A DNA stretch of 63,809 nucleotides, counting the filler, from Octopus bimaculoides (lineage: Eukaryota), in the NCBI RefSeq assembly GCF_001194135.2. It is 5 parts of 4 records of this genome, joined end to end, with 100 filler letters (N's around TTAATTAATTAA, not from the genome) between each part and the next. Parts side by side here need not be neighbours in the genome. Positions count along the whole stretch, not along the records: positions 1 to 15,712 come from NC_068982.1; 4 more parts are not named here. The stretch is one strand, 5' to 3'. Positions within the stretch are counted from its first letter, which is position 1, and each line of letters begins with the position of its first letter. Shown here one piece after another: positions 1 to 11,759 of this stretch. Under the pieces are notes generated by a model that had not been told where the DNA came from, did not search any database, and worked only from the letters and a program-made list of their open reading frames with translations. The translations under genes were made by a program, and so were the position numbers.

Positions 1-165
1 TAACATACAGAAAATTGCACTACTGGGTACTGCACACATTCTACGCAAAACACTTTCAATACAGTAAACATAAGAGCACCACAGCAAACCACAGCACATA
101 CCCAAGGCGCACAGAGCTGCGCTCGGTAGTGAAGTGAAAGTACGTTATAAAAATAAAACTACTGA
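1..165 (+). mobile_element. 3' end of R4/Dong-like non-LTR retrotransposon (RLE C-terminus plus 3' UTR)
   Basis: Reads NIQKIALLGTAHILRKTLSIQ* (stop 65-67), then a 3' UTR near-identical to the copies at 51712-51850 and 54270-54370. Followed directly by (TAA)n. Confidence 0.85.
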
Positions 166-168
166 ATG

Positions 169-227
<59 letters not shown>

Positions 228-455
228 AAGAAGAAGAAGAAGCAAAAGAAGAAGAAGAAGAAGAAAAGGAAGAAGAAGAAGAAGAAGAAGCAAAAGAAGA
301 AGAAGAAGAAGAAAAGGAAGAAGGAGAAGAAGAAGAAGAAGGAGAAGAAGAGGAAGAAGGAGAAGAGGAAGAAGGAGAAGAAGAAGAAGAAGAAGAAGAA
401 GAAGAAGAAGAAGAAGAAGAAGAAGAACAACAACAACAACAACAACAACAACGAC

Positions 456-486
<31 letters not shown>
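166..486. repeat. Compound microsatellite (TAA)n-(GAA/GGA)n-(CAA)n-(TAA)n
   Basis: Direct reading. Explains the poly-R/poly-F ORFs in the track. Confidence 0.97.
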
Positions 487-490
<4 letters not shown>

Positions 491-1227
491 CAACAATAAC
501 CGTTAACGTGACTACAACGACCGTGAATATTTGTCTGGTACCATAACTTTATTCCTCCTGTTCATGATAGGATTTGAAATCAGAACGAAAGTTATCGTAG
601 TAAAATAGTGTAATGCATTTTGTACGACCCTCTAACGTTTCTGTGGACCCACCGCTCTTTAAAAATCATAATTAACTCTTCTGAATTATCATATTACATG
701 TAATATGATCGGCATTGCACAAACAAATATTGTTGCGTAGAAATATTTCGTAATATGAGAATTATTTTCTAAGAGTAAATAAACTAGAAAATACAGGAAA
801 AGGAATATTCAGCTTACTACCAGCCCGCCTTCTCACTTGGGTTCCTATTCTACTGGCAGGTGATGTTATTTTAGTAAATGACATACGTTAAGAACGCAAA
901 ACACCTCTGTTGTTTTAATTACTTCACAGAGTAATAAGAAACCTCAAACCTACTGTTTGGTAGAAACTTCTTCTTGTAAGAAATAATACCAGACAACTTC
1001 TACCACTCATGCGTTTCGTTCGTTCAACTGCATTCTATTTACATTCGTTTACGCTATTCATAATTCTATAATTCATTTTAAACATATGTATATAATAGAC
1101 TGGCTATGTGTTTGGATGTTTGCGTGTGTATGTATGTGCTTCGAGGTGGATGAATCTTCGAATGTATGCGTGTTTTAGTTTACTGAGGTGCGTGCATGTT
1201 TTTATTTACGGAGGTGGGCGCACGCGT

Positions 1228-1420
1228 GTGTATGTATGTATGTATGTATGTATGTATGTATGCATGCATGTATGTATGTATGTATGTATGTATGTATGTA
1301 TGTATGTATGTATGTATGCATGTATGTATATGTCCGTGTGTGTACAACTATATATTTCTACCTCTTTCTCTGTCTATCTCTGTCTGTCTCTGTCTGTCTC
1401 ACTTTTTCTGTGTGTGTATA

Positions 1421-1456
<36 letters not shown>
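1228..1456. repeat. (TATG)n, (CTGT/CT)n and (TA)n microsatellites
   Basis: Direct reading. Confidence 0.95.
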
Positions 1457-1458
<2 letters not shown>

Positions 1459-1610
1459 GGAGTTAGCACATAAAATGTGCAACAAGGTGGAAAAAAAAAG
1501 TACTCATATACCAGAGGTAGAGTAATATGCTTTATTTAAAAGCAGCAGAAATATTACAAAAGACCCTTACTCGGAGTTTCACGTTCCCGTTCATCGGACA
1601 GTTTTGTTAG
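1457..1610 (-). mobile_element. PLE-type terminal repeat fragment ending in (TA)n and carrying a hammerhead-like motif
   Basis: The minus strand contains the HHR-like fold at 1563-1602 and runs into a (TA)n tract. PLE assignment is inferred from the known PLE-HHR association. Confidence 0.5.
1563..1602 (-). ncRNA. Type I minimal hammerhead-like motif (CCGAUGA core variant)
   Basis: ACTGT-CCGATGA-ACG(GGAA)CGT-GAA-ACT(CCG)AGT-A-AGGGT. Stems II and III are intact; stem I has one mismatch. Confidence 0.55.
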
Positions 1611-1868
1611 AAATGGGAAAGGAATTACAATGCAATCAAAAGTAATATAAAATTTGAAACACATAAATCTGTTTGATTGGTCGTTTCAAATAACGGTGAA
1701 ACAAGGATGGGTCATTCGGAGTTTTCTTTCCTCGTCGAGTTCCAGATTATCTTAGCAATTTATATATATATTATATAGGCATGTTTGTATGTATATATAG
1801 GCAATTATGCGGATGAACAAATTGAATATATCAAATATGATAGCTTGGGTATGAAATACAAAATATGT

Positions 1869-2222
1869 AGTAGTTGTATGCTCTCAACTTTATGTGACAG
1901 TCTCCTGAAGGGAATAATACTACTGTTGGTTAGACCTAGGAAGCTGCACCGCTCCCTGTCGGCCTTGATATATTTCCTGTGTCCTTATGTTCACAAGAGA
2001 CATGTATCCAGAGACATGTTTCTGATGACGAGCAAAGACTCAGAAACATGTCTCTGGATGCAGGCTTAGCTGGGTGGAGGAGCTTGTCTCCTTCTTGTGA
2101 ACATAAGGACACAGGAAATGTTTCAAGGCCGACGGGAAGCGGTGCAGCTTTTTAGGTCTAACCAACAGTAGTATTATTCCCTTCAAGGGACTGTCACATT
2201 AAGATGACAGCATACAACTACT
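1869..2222. mobile_element. Fold-back element: ~130-bp inverted arms around a 20-bp perfect hairpin containing an HHR core
   Basis: 1869-1998 is the reverse complement of 2093-2222 with few mismatches. Inner inverted repeat 2006-2025/2040-2059. CTGATGA at 2022 and GAAACATGTC at 2043. Confidence 0.8.
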
Positions 2223-2319
2223 TCATCGTATCAATACTGCATAAATCACTGAGAGATTTAGAAATGCATTATTTCTAAACAAAATATGTATATATGTATA
2301 CATGTAAAACGAGATAAAC

Positions 2320-3270
2320 AAAGAGTGGAGACTTTCAGACGATGAATATTTAAGTATAGATATATAGATACTTATATTAATAGATCCAACTTACTCAGAG
2401 TACAAACTACTGCACTCAACTAACTACAAACCTATCAACTTCTCCCTCCCTCTCTACCCTACTCTATTAAATTTCATACGCCTCTGCATTCCTGAGTTCT
2501 ACCCTCCGCCACCAACCCACCTTCATTACAGTACTAACCACTGCAATCTTGACCACCGACTCACCTCCTACTCTGTCCATCTTCGTCTATCTTCACTCAT
2601 ACCGTTCTACTTACCTTAGTAATCTCCCTCCGCCACCGAATTAGACATTTTACCTCCCTCAAATAATTGCCGTCCCTTTTCGCACTATCTCAGCTTCCAA
2701 CATTTCTATAGCTATTATCCCTAAACGTTGACACCCACACACGCTCCCAACAACAACTGACCATCCTTCAATTACTATCTATCCCACCTCTCCAACTCGT
2801 CTCCCTGCTCTCTACCTCTACTAGCACCTCCCTTAATACCCTTATTATTAACTTCCTCCCTCTTCCTGAACTCGCTCTCTTATCTCCTCTCACGATTCCA
2901 TGCCATAACACTCCCCATGACGCTAACGACACGCCTACTTCCTCACTCTTACACTGCTTGCTCCCCACATTTAATCATTACAACGTTCAACTTCTCTGCA
3001 ATATGATCTGAAATGTAAGAGATTTTCTACATTGATGGCGGAAGTTCTATTTATCCAATGTTGATTGCTCCCATTACGGCCTGCATATCGTGATGAACCA
3101 CGTCTACTTTATGTATCACCGAGCCCCCAGAAACAGCTGTTGGACTTATAACACCTTTCTTCCTCCTCTTTAAAATTTCCATCATTTGTACTCTATCTAA
3201 GTTGGATCAATCAATATAAATATCTATATATTTATTCTTAAATATTCATAGTCTGAAAGTCTCTACACTT
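2320..3270. mobile_element. ~950-bp element bounded by ~85-bp imperfect inverted repeats
   Basis: 2320-2406 (GAGACTTTCAGACGATGAATATTTAAG...GATCCAACTTA...GAGTACAAA) matches the reverse complement of 3185-3270. Confidence 0.6.
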
Positions 3271-4379
3271 CGCTTTCTATCATTTTTCTTGTGTACAGTT
3301 ATACATATTTTATCTTCCATACTCAAGCTGTTATATTTGATATATTCAATTTGTTTATCCGCATAATTGCCTCCATATCTGCTCAACTTGATTCCTCATA
3401 GTCATTCTTTACCCCACGGGATTGATCCCCTGTAAAGAAATCGGAGCCCTACTAAAGTGTCTTCTATTCTGGGAACCTCTGGTTCTCATCTGTTGACAAT
3501 ACACACACACATACATTTATTCAATTATTTATATATATATATATATATATATNNNNNNNNNNNNNNNNNNNNNNNNNNNNNNNNNNNNNNNNNNNNNNNN
3601 NNNNNNNNNNNNNNNNNNNNNNNNNNNNNNNNNNNNNNNNNNNNNNNNNNNNNNNNNNNNNNNNNNNNNNNNNNNNNNNNNNNNNNNNNNNNNNNNNNNN
3701 NNNNNNNNNNNNNNNNNNNNNNNNNNNNNNNNNNNNNNNNNNNNNNNNNNNNNNNNNNNNNNNNNNNNNNNNNNNNNNNNNNNNNNNNNNNNNNNNNNNN
3801 NNNNNNNNNNNNNNNNNNNNNNNNNNNNNNNNNNNNNNNNNNNNNNNNNNNNNNNNNNNNNNNNNNNNNNNNNNNNNNNNNNNNNNNNNNNNNNNNNNNN
3901 NNNNNNNNNNNNNNNNNNNNNNNNNNNNNNNNNNNNNNNNNNNNNNNNNNNNNNNNNNNNNNNNNNNNNNNNNNNNNNNNNNNNNNNNNNNNNNNNNNNN
4001 NNNNNNNNNNNNNNNNNNNNNNNNNNNNNNNNNNNNNNNNNNNNNNNNNNNNNNNNNNNNNNNNNNNNNNNNNNNNNNNNNNNNNNNNNNNNNNNNNNNN
4101 NNNNNNNNNNNNNNNNNNNNNNNNNNNNNNNNNNNNNNNNNNNNNNNNNNNNNNNNNNNNNNNNNNNNNNNNNNNNNNNNNNNNNNNNNNNNNNNNNNNN
4201 NNNNNNNNNNNNNNNNNNNNNNNNNNNNNNNNNNNNNNNNNNNNNNNNNNNNNNNNNNNNNNNNNNNNNNNNNNNNNNNNNNNNNNNNNNNNNNNNNNNN
4301 NNNNNNNNNNNNNNNNNNNNNNNNNNNNNNNNNNNNNNNNNNNNNNNNNNNNNNNNNNNNNNNNNNNNNNNNNNNNNNN

Positions 4380-4415
<36 letters not shown>

Positions 4416-4710
4416 ATTGTTAATTCAGATACGATTTTTTTCGCTCTCCATCTGTTTTCTGTACGCATTCCTTTCTGGAAAAGACAATAGGCTCGAAACT
4501 TCTAAGACTTGTTCCATTTTACATGAGCGTCAAACTAACACAGAATGTTTGTTCTTCTTTCACCTGTCTCTGTTTTTGATTGACGCTATTTTTGGTGACA
4601 CTTGTTTTCAATAACAATCTGATATATTGGTGAACAGTTTACTGTAAAGAAATTTAAGCTCTAGTGAAGAAAAGTTAGCCAACATGGAAGACTGAAAGCC
4701 ATCAAAATAT

Positions 4711-4930
4711 TGTTTTCTACTTCTAGGCACAAGACTCGTAATTTTTTTGGGGCGGGGGAAAATCGATTAGATCGACTACAGTACGCAAGTGGTACTTGAT
4801 TTATCGACCCCGAAAGGATGAAAGACCAAGTCGACCTCTGCGGAATTTGAAATCGGATCCTAATGACAGACAAAATACCACTAAGCATTTCGCCGCGCGT
4901 GCTAACGTTTCTGCCAGGTCGCCGCCTTCA
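4711..4930 (-). mobile_element. tRNA-headed SINE, family B, with 16-bp TSD
   Basis: Matches the family B consensus seen at 24043 and 55020. Flanked by AAAGCCATCAAAATAT at 4695-4710 and 4931-4946. Confidence 0.85.
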
Positions 4931-5999
4931 AAAGCCATCAAAATATATTGAAATAATACTGACTGCGTCCACGCGCCGGTCATCGTCCAACTACTACAGG
5001 AGAAGGTGATGGAAGTTCTGAGCAAGAGATATGGGTGTTAGAGTCGCCACCACAAAGCAGGCCCTCAATAAGGACCTTCACTACCACTCATAAAAGAGAT
5101 TCAAGGGATAAATTCTGACAGCCAAGGTCAAGGAAAACTATTTGACGACGGCAAAGAAGTTCTTGAACAAGTGGAAGCATACTGTTAAGCTAGGGATGAT
5201 CTGATTCTTCTGAGATGAACTTCTGCCAGGACCAGTTTCACAGTACCCAGAACAACAGGTGGTTTGCCTACGTATCATGAAAACCAGATCCAACAAACTG
5301 TGAAGGCCTTTGGGTATGTGTATAGTGAAGGTGATGTCATATCACCTTATACCTTTGAACAGTGCCTTAGCTGAATTCAGACAGCTATTTGACGCTGCTA
5401 GTGACTGTGGTCAGACCCTGGCCGAAGAGAGTTGCTACTGGAACGCCATATGTACGGCAGAAGGATTCTGATGTTTGCCATACTTCTGGAAAGGGTCAGA
5501 AGTGTTTCTCGCAGAATTTCTACGACTCCAGCAGCCCCGAATTCTGACATTCTGATTATCCCGATTGTGATGAAATGGAGTACTATGTGTGAGGAGTGAA
5601 TGAAGGAGACACCAAACGTTCTGTCTGTTCTTAGAAGCACCATGACACTCCCCTTAACCCCGTCACTTGCCCCGTTACCGCTGCTGTCCATGACCCGGGC
5701 TTTTGATACCATTCCGGTATCTCTCTGTCTTTGTATGTTCGCCTGCGCTGCTGCCATTGTTGTAGTTGTTTTGCGCTGTTGCTGTTGTCGTTGTTGGTCA
5801 CGTTCTTCATGTTCCTGTATGTGGGTTTGTGTGTGTATATGGGTTCGCTTGCTATGTTTATATCCGTTCACTTTATACAGTTGAAATTTTTTTCTGTTAT
5901 TTTTATTTCTTATATTTATCATAGGTATGTGTCTATTGTGTGTATTACACTGTTTGTATCTGCTTGTTCTCCGTTCTGTCTTTGTGTAGTGTGTTAGCG

Positions 6000-6465
6000 G
6001 GTGTTATTGTTCCATTCGTGTTTTCTGTTGAGGCTCGGTCTGTCTATTGCTACGTGTGTAGCCTCTGTGATCTGTCTAAGAGTCGTGTCAATTCTATGTG
6101 TTGATAATACCTCAACCTCTTTGCTATCAACCGAGCCTTTATGTTCTGCTTGAGCATATTGGTGGAGTACTGACTAGCCTTCTCTTCTTTGAGATCCAGT
6201 GAGTGTTCACCTGTACGCTACCCTGTGCTGTGTGCAGTCTCTTCATTATAAGTAGTTGTCATGTTTCTGCACTGTCCCTCAATACGTTGTAAGCTATACA
6301 CTATATTCCTAACCTTATAGTCAACCTATGGGTTCATCCTACATCCTATACAATTGTACTCTGTACATGGAGACCTATCGAAGGGATACGTTCTACAGAT
6401 CAGGGATTTAATAGGGTACCAGACCTTTCTACTACTTTAATCCGTAGATTAACCTTGTCTAATGC
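6000..6465 (-). pseudogene. Decayed Penelope-like GIY-YIG endonuclease region
   Basis: With frameshifts reads LDKVNLRIKVVERSG..IKSLICRTYPF..PC..NCIGC...VRNIVYS...ETAHS...EH..DLKEEK...TLRQITEA...LNRKHEW. Homologous to 14740-15190. Confidence 0.75.
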
Positions 6466-7549
6466 TTTTCTAAACTGGCATGTTAGTTTACCACCAACGA
6501 ACATGACACTCTGGTATATTTTTTGTGTGTGTTATATATATGGTATATATATGTGTGTGTTATGTGTGTGTATGTTCATATATGCATATATATATGTATA
6601 TGTGCATATGTATATATATATGTATGTGTATATATATTTATGTGTGTGTGTGTGTAGATATGGTCTATGTTTTGTCGAACGTTTATACTACTTCGTATAT
6701 TTTTTGTCTATTAGTGAAGCGAGTCTGAGTCCCATATAAAGAATCATATCACAGTCACTATGCATTTATATAACTGAATGTTTCCTTTTTTTTATTTCAG
6801 TGATAGTGACCTGTTCAAGCATAAATTTCTTAGTACATACCTATTATGACTTGCTTTACTCCAACTGGTATGGACTAATTAATGGTTTATTAACTAACCG
6901 ATATCGTTCCATAATCAAAGGAGAGAAATGGGTGAGAGATAGAGTGGAAGAAAGAGAGGAAAGAGTAAAAGAGATATCAATTGTAGCTAAGAGAAAGTTA
7001 ACAAAAATATCTGAAGCCATTTCGTTAGGCCGGTTTCTTTTTAAATTATGTTGTAGGAGACTGAGATGCAGAGAGAAAGGGAGAGAGCGGCATAGAAAGA
7101 GAGAGGGGCTCATGAGGAGAGAGAAAGATAGTGAGAAACAAACCAAATCTAAATTTATATGCAGATTATGAGGGCCTATCCCAATCCATTCACTTCTTTT
7201 GTGTAAAAATACCTAACGTTGCAGTTTATGATATTTCCATACGGCATGTCTATTTGATTCCAGCTGTTTCCAGTGATATGTCATGTTATCCGCGCACTCT
7301 TTCATGAGGAGTTGAGCAACCCTTACTCGACCATGCGCGCTGTTAACCGGCTGTCATACATTAAGCAGTTCAATCATTTTAGGTTACAATAATTTTTAAT
7401 GTTATTGCAAACAGTTCACCTATTGCAAGGGAGAGAAGCATGTATGAGATTATTTGAATTGTGTGTACAGTATAATCTTTATGCATTTATTTAACTGAAT
7501 TATTTCGGTTTTAACTATAGTGTCCGGAATATTCAAATATAAAGAGCTT

Positions 7550-7584
7550 AGTACTCATATATAGCTGTTTCGACTTGTTTCAAC

Positions 7585-7658
<74 letters not shown>

Positions 7659-7693
7659 GTTGAAACAAGTCGAAACAGCTATATATGAGTACT
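7550..7693. repeat. Perfect palindrome: 38-bp inverted arms around (AT)34
   Basis: 7550-7587 is the exact reverse complement of 7656-7693. Confidence 0.95.
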
Positions 7694-7739
7694 GTGAAAA
7701 CATACTAAATTAACTCGATAATGCAATCATGTTCTTATA

Positions 7740-9480
7740 AAGTCGACTGGTGGTAGACTTCTACCAGTCTTTTGCTACCAGGAGTATTTGTATCTGCAGA
7801 GAGTATTAGAAGTATTTTGCCTTTATTAATAACTCTTTGTTCTGACAGATACATAAATTTCATATCCCAAATCTCTTTCTCTGCTTTATTGCTGTGCTTT
7901 GTTGCTGTGCTGAGTCATTCTTACTAAATTAGTCTAAAATTTCAATAAACTTGTGAGTTTAATGAGGAATTCTGATGCAAGAAATCTTTCTATTGCTACT
8001 GGCTGCTCTACAATAGTGAATTTAGAATGACTTTCAAAACGTTGCTCTGCTAAATCATACTATTCTTCATTGCGTGATTTCTTATCATGAGGCAATATTA
8101 ACTCATATACATCTTTTACAGCTGACAAGTTGCATTCCAATTTATTGACAAGCTCGTGGATATTATTTATGCCTCTTCTGTTTCTATTTCTTGGTAAAAT
8201 TCCAGGAAATCATTGCAAACTTCTGGCCATAACTGTTTTCAAATTTTGTTCGTTTAGTTCTCGGTTACTTCGTCCCAGAACACTTCAGTATTATCTACGG
8301 TCGTCTTAATATAGTAGTTTCTTTAATGACTCCTGATATGTTTCTTGTTTTAGCCTCGCGATTTTTCAAAAAGCTGTTTGAAGTGGTTTCAATGGTAATT
8401 GGTCTTCGTATTAATAATTACATCAGTTAGAGTAAGACAAAAATGTTTAATGCTAGTTAAACTCCATTGATAAGAATGTAAGTCTGAAGGGTATCGAAAT
8501 TGTGGGGTTGGGCTGCAACAACATGTTTAATCACCCATTTTGACGCCATGTTCTCGGCATTTCAAACCGTTCTCTAAGAAATTCTAATGCCACCCAGACT
8601 TCCTTGTTTGATGAAGTTTCGTATTCCCTCCATTGACTATGGTGTTTCTGAATATTAAACGTGCACTGACTTCAATTTGAATGTTCCTGAAGCGTTAATA
8701 TTATTAATCGATCTTTTCTATCCTTCAAATACATAAGCAATCATTTTGTCCTTGGAAAACAAAAGTACGAGATTCTTTTCAATAAACAAACCAGTTTCAT
8801 CTACATGGACAACAAGTTAAGAAGGGTAGTTGTCAGGCTTGATAATATTCTTAAGAGAGTAGAAAAACGTCCTTGCTTCCTGATATGTGTACTTACAATT
8901 TCTCTACGTATTGAAGGGGGATAGTTTGTAAGTTATGCAAACCATTGAAACTGAAATCCAGCTCTACTTTCTGTGAACGCTTCTTCTTCTTCTTCTTCTT
9001 CTTCTTCTTCTTCTTCTTCTTCTTCTTCTTCTTCTTCTTCTTCTTCTTCTTCTTCTTCTTCTTCTTCTTCTTCTTCTTCTTCTTCTTCTTCTTCTTCTTC
9101 TTCTTCTTCTTCTTCTTCTTCTTCTTCTAATGGCGACTCTACTATTTCCCATTACGATACGTTGGCTTCTAGAATGTATTACGTTTTGTGGTCTCTCACG
9201 TGACAACATTATCCTCCCTTTATTTTCAAAAATATATTCCAATCATGTAAATTTCTTTGCTCATAATGACAAGTCTGTAGTGATACGATTGGATATTTTG
9301 TCACCATTTTTCACAATGGTTTTAATCTTTTATGCGGCCAAGTTTAGCATAACCACATACACCTGGCTTACACCAGCTAATTGTACTGACTCGAGAGTGT
9401 ACTTTCCGCACTGGATTAATAAAAAAAGAAACAGCATGAATAATTTGGCTGCATTCGAGAGTATGCATCCGTATGACTAC
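7740..9480 (-). pseudogene. Decayed pogo/Tigger (TIGD1-like) DDE transposase
   Basis: Fragments in the expected order: IKTIVKNGDKI; NYPS*LVVHVDETGLF; NASGTFKLK..YSETP; SNKEVWV; WDEVTE..KQLWPEVCNDF; HDKKSRNEE. Many stops and frameshifts. Confidence 0.75.
8981..9128. repeat. (TTC)~49 microsatellite inside the pogo relic
   Basis: Direct reading. Confidence 0.97.
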
Positions 9481-10344
9481 AAATTTCTTAAGTTCCTTGA
9501 AAATTTAATTTCGTATGATAACACCGTTTTCTTAATTTCGTTTACAAGGAAAACGTTTTTGCGAAGTACATTTACTTCTGTTTTATTGGGATTGCATAGG
9601 TAAGACTGTAAGAAAGATATTGTAGGTTTTTTTTTACATTTATTTTACCTTTTATTATTCTGTACATTTTTTTCGCGACAATTTTTTTTCTCATTTCACA
9701 TTCAAATAATTTACTATTGGAAAAAAAATTTGAAGATTTGATGGAACAAAAAAAAGAATAAACCAAAACAGTAAAAAAAAATCAGAGAAGAAAAAAAGAT
9801 ATTAGCTAAAACTTGAGGCAAACTCAACAGATATGATCTAACGTGGCTGAACACGAACGTACAAAATATCTGCAGTATCAAGGAGAATGTCAGGTGATAT
9901 GAAGAGAGAACATGGTTGGTGAAGAGCATGCTAATCATATGGGACAACATTGGAAAAGAGAGAAATGCTGTAAAATAAGAAGAGTTAAGTACAGCGGTGA
10001 GAATTTCCGGAGAATTTTTCAACGAGGAATCGAGTAGGACGAGAAATGATGAACGGAAATCAGTTGCTTTACAATGCGAAATATTCAAATAAGAAGAAAA
10101 CGTTAGAGAGGACTTGGCAATCTTGTGATTCCACATTAGAATGAACAAGTACTTTTTTCAATAACTTCAATCCGTTATGTACGCTGATTATTAGAGAATA
10201 ATTGTTAGAGGGAAGACATGTAATGAGGACATACAAATATACGCGTCAAATTAAAATAATAAAACCATGAAACGTGAAATTTTTAATGATTATCCTATTT
10301 ATAAATAATTTAGAGTAATCCCGATGTAAATATTGGTTTCAAAT

Positions 10345-10535
10345 TTTAGCACGAGGCCAGCAGTTTTAAAGGAGGGGCCGAATCGATTACATCGACCCCA
10401 GTGTTTGACTCGTCCTTATATTATCGACAGCGAAAGGAAAGTCGGCCTCGGCAGAATTTGAACTCAGAATGTAAAGAGACAAGATGCTGTTGAGCATTTT
10501 GCCCGGTGCTCACAATTCTGTCAGCTCATCGCCTT
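10345..10535 (-). mobile_element. SINE family B, diverged copy
   Basis: Head AAGGCGATGAGCTGACAGAAT...TTCTGAGTTCAAATTCTGCCGAGG on the minus strand. Confidence 0.8.
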
Positions 10536-11139
10536 ATTCCCAATGAAAATATTATTTTTAAGGAATTATAGCGAATCAGCGCTGTACGAGGCAACTTTAA
10601 GCGGCATATTTCTGTTTGTCTATTTACCTGTCTGTCTGTCTGTCTGTCTGTCTATTTCTCTACCTACCTATCTATGTTGTCTATCTATATCCATACCTAC
10701 CTACCTACCTACCTACCTACCTACCTACCTACCTACACACACACACACATACTGTACATATATATATTCATGAGGTAACCATATGTTAATGAGATATACA
10801 CTACCAACGGTACAGCTGTTCCAATCTATAGATGGCATGTTACATAAGATACATCTGTGTATTGAAACAACTCGACTGTTGTCAAATGTTACATCGTTTA
10901 TAAAAGAATTTACTCAACATGAATAATGTATTGAATACTTTGTAAAATGCAAAAATGAATAATGCATTGCATACGTTATGAATTCAAAAATTAACAGGAT
11001 CTGTAAACGAAATTGGAATTAAAATACTAGAAAAACTTAAGGAAAACGGGGAGTATTAGTCCTTAGTAAAAATATGATATACACATGCACATGTGTGTAT
11101 GTGGGAGTTTGTGTGTAATATGCGCGCGCGCGTGTATAC

Positions 11140-11174
<35 letters not shown>

Positions 11175-11328
11175 CATCCATACATACATATACACACCTT
11201 ATCCTGTTTGCCATTTTTCTCTCTCGTTGTTTGCGTATCTAACTCATTTGTTTTCGTATTTCATGTTGTTTTCTTATTTTGCCTTTGGTGACGTTCTGTA
11301 CCCATATATATCTATATCTATCTATCTA

Positions 11329-11375
<47 letters not shown>

Positions 11376-11759
11376 GAATGTATGTATGTATGTATGTATG
11401 TATGTATGTACGTATGTATGTATGAAAAATGTACTTAAACTACAGTTTTTAAGCCATCGCCGGGCAAAAGTTAAGCTCATGTAAAAATGACCTCTTCAGA
11501 CACTCAAATTATTATCTTGACTATTATGTTACTCTACTGGCTAACAAGCAACATGAAAATTAAATTAGTCTAGCCATAAGAAGTGTTATTCAGATTGTGT
11601 TTGAAATGATACGTGCAGTTTGTGTCCTATTTTCATTGTAGTTTTCACATTAGTACTCTTCGTTCCTATCACGTATCCTGGTGGTCTTCGAATTTCTCTT
11701 TTATGCACCTTATGTGGTACAACTCATCGATTGTGTTGTAGTTTATACCTAGGTTGATT

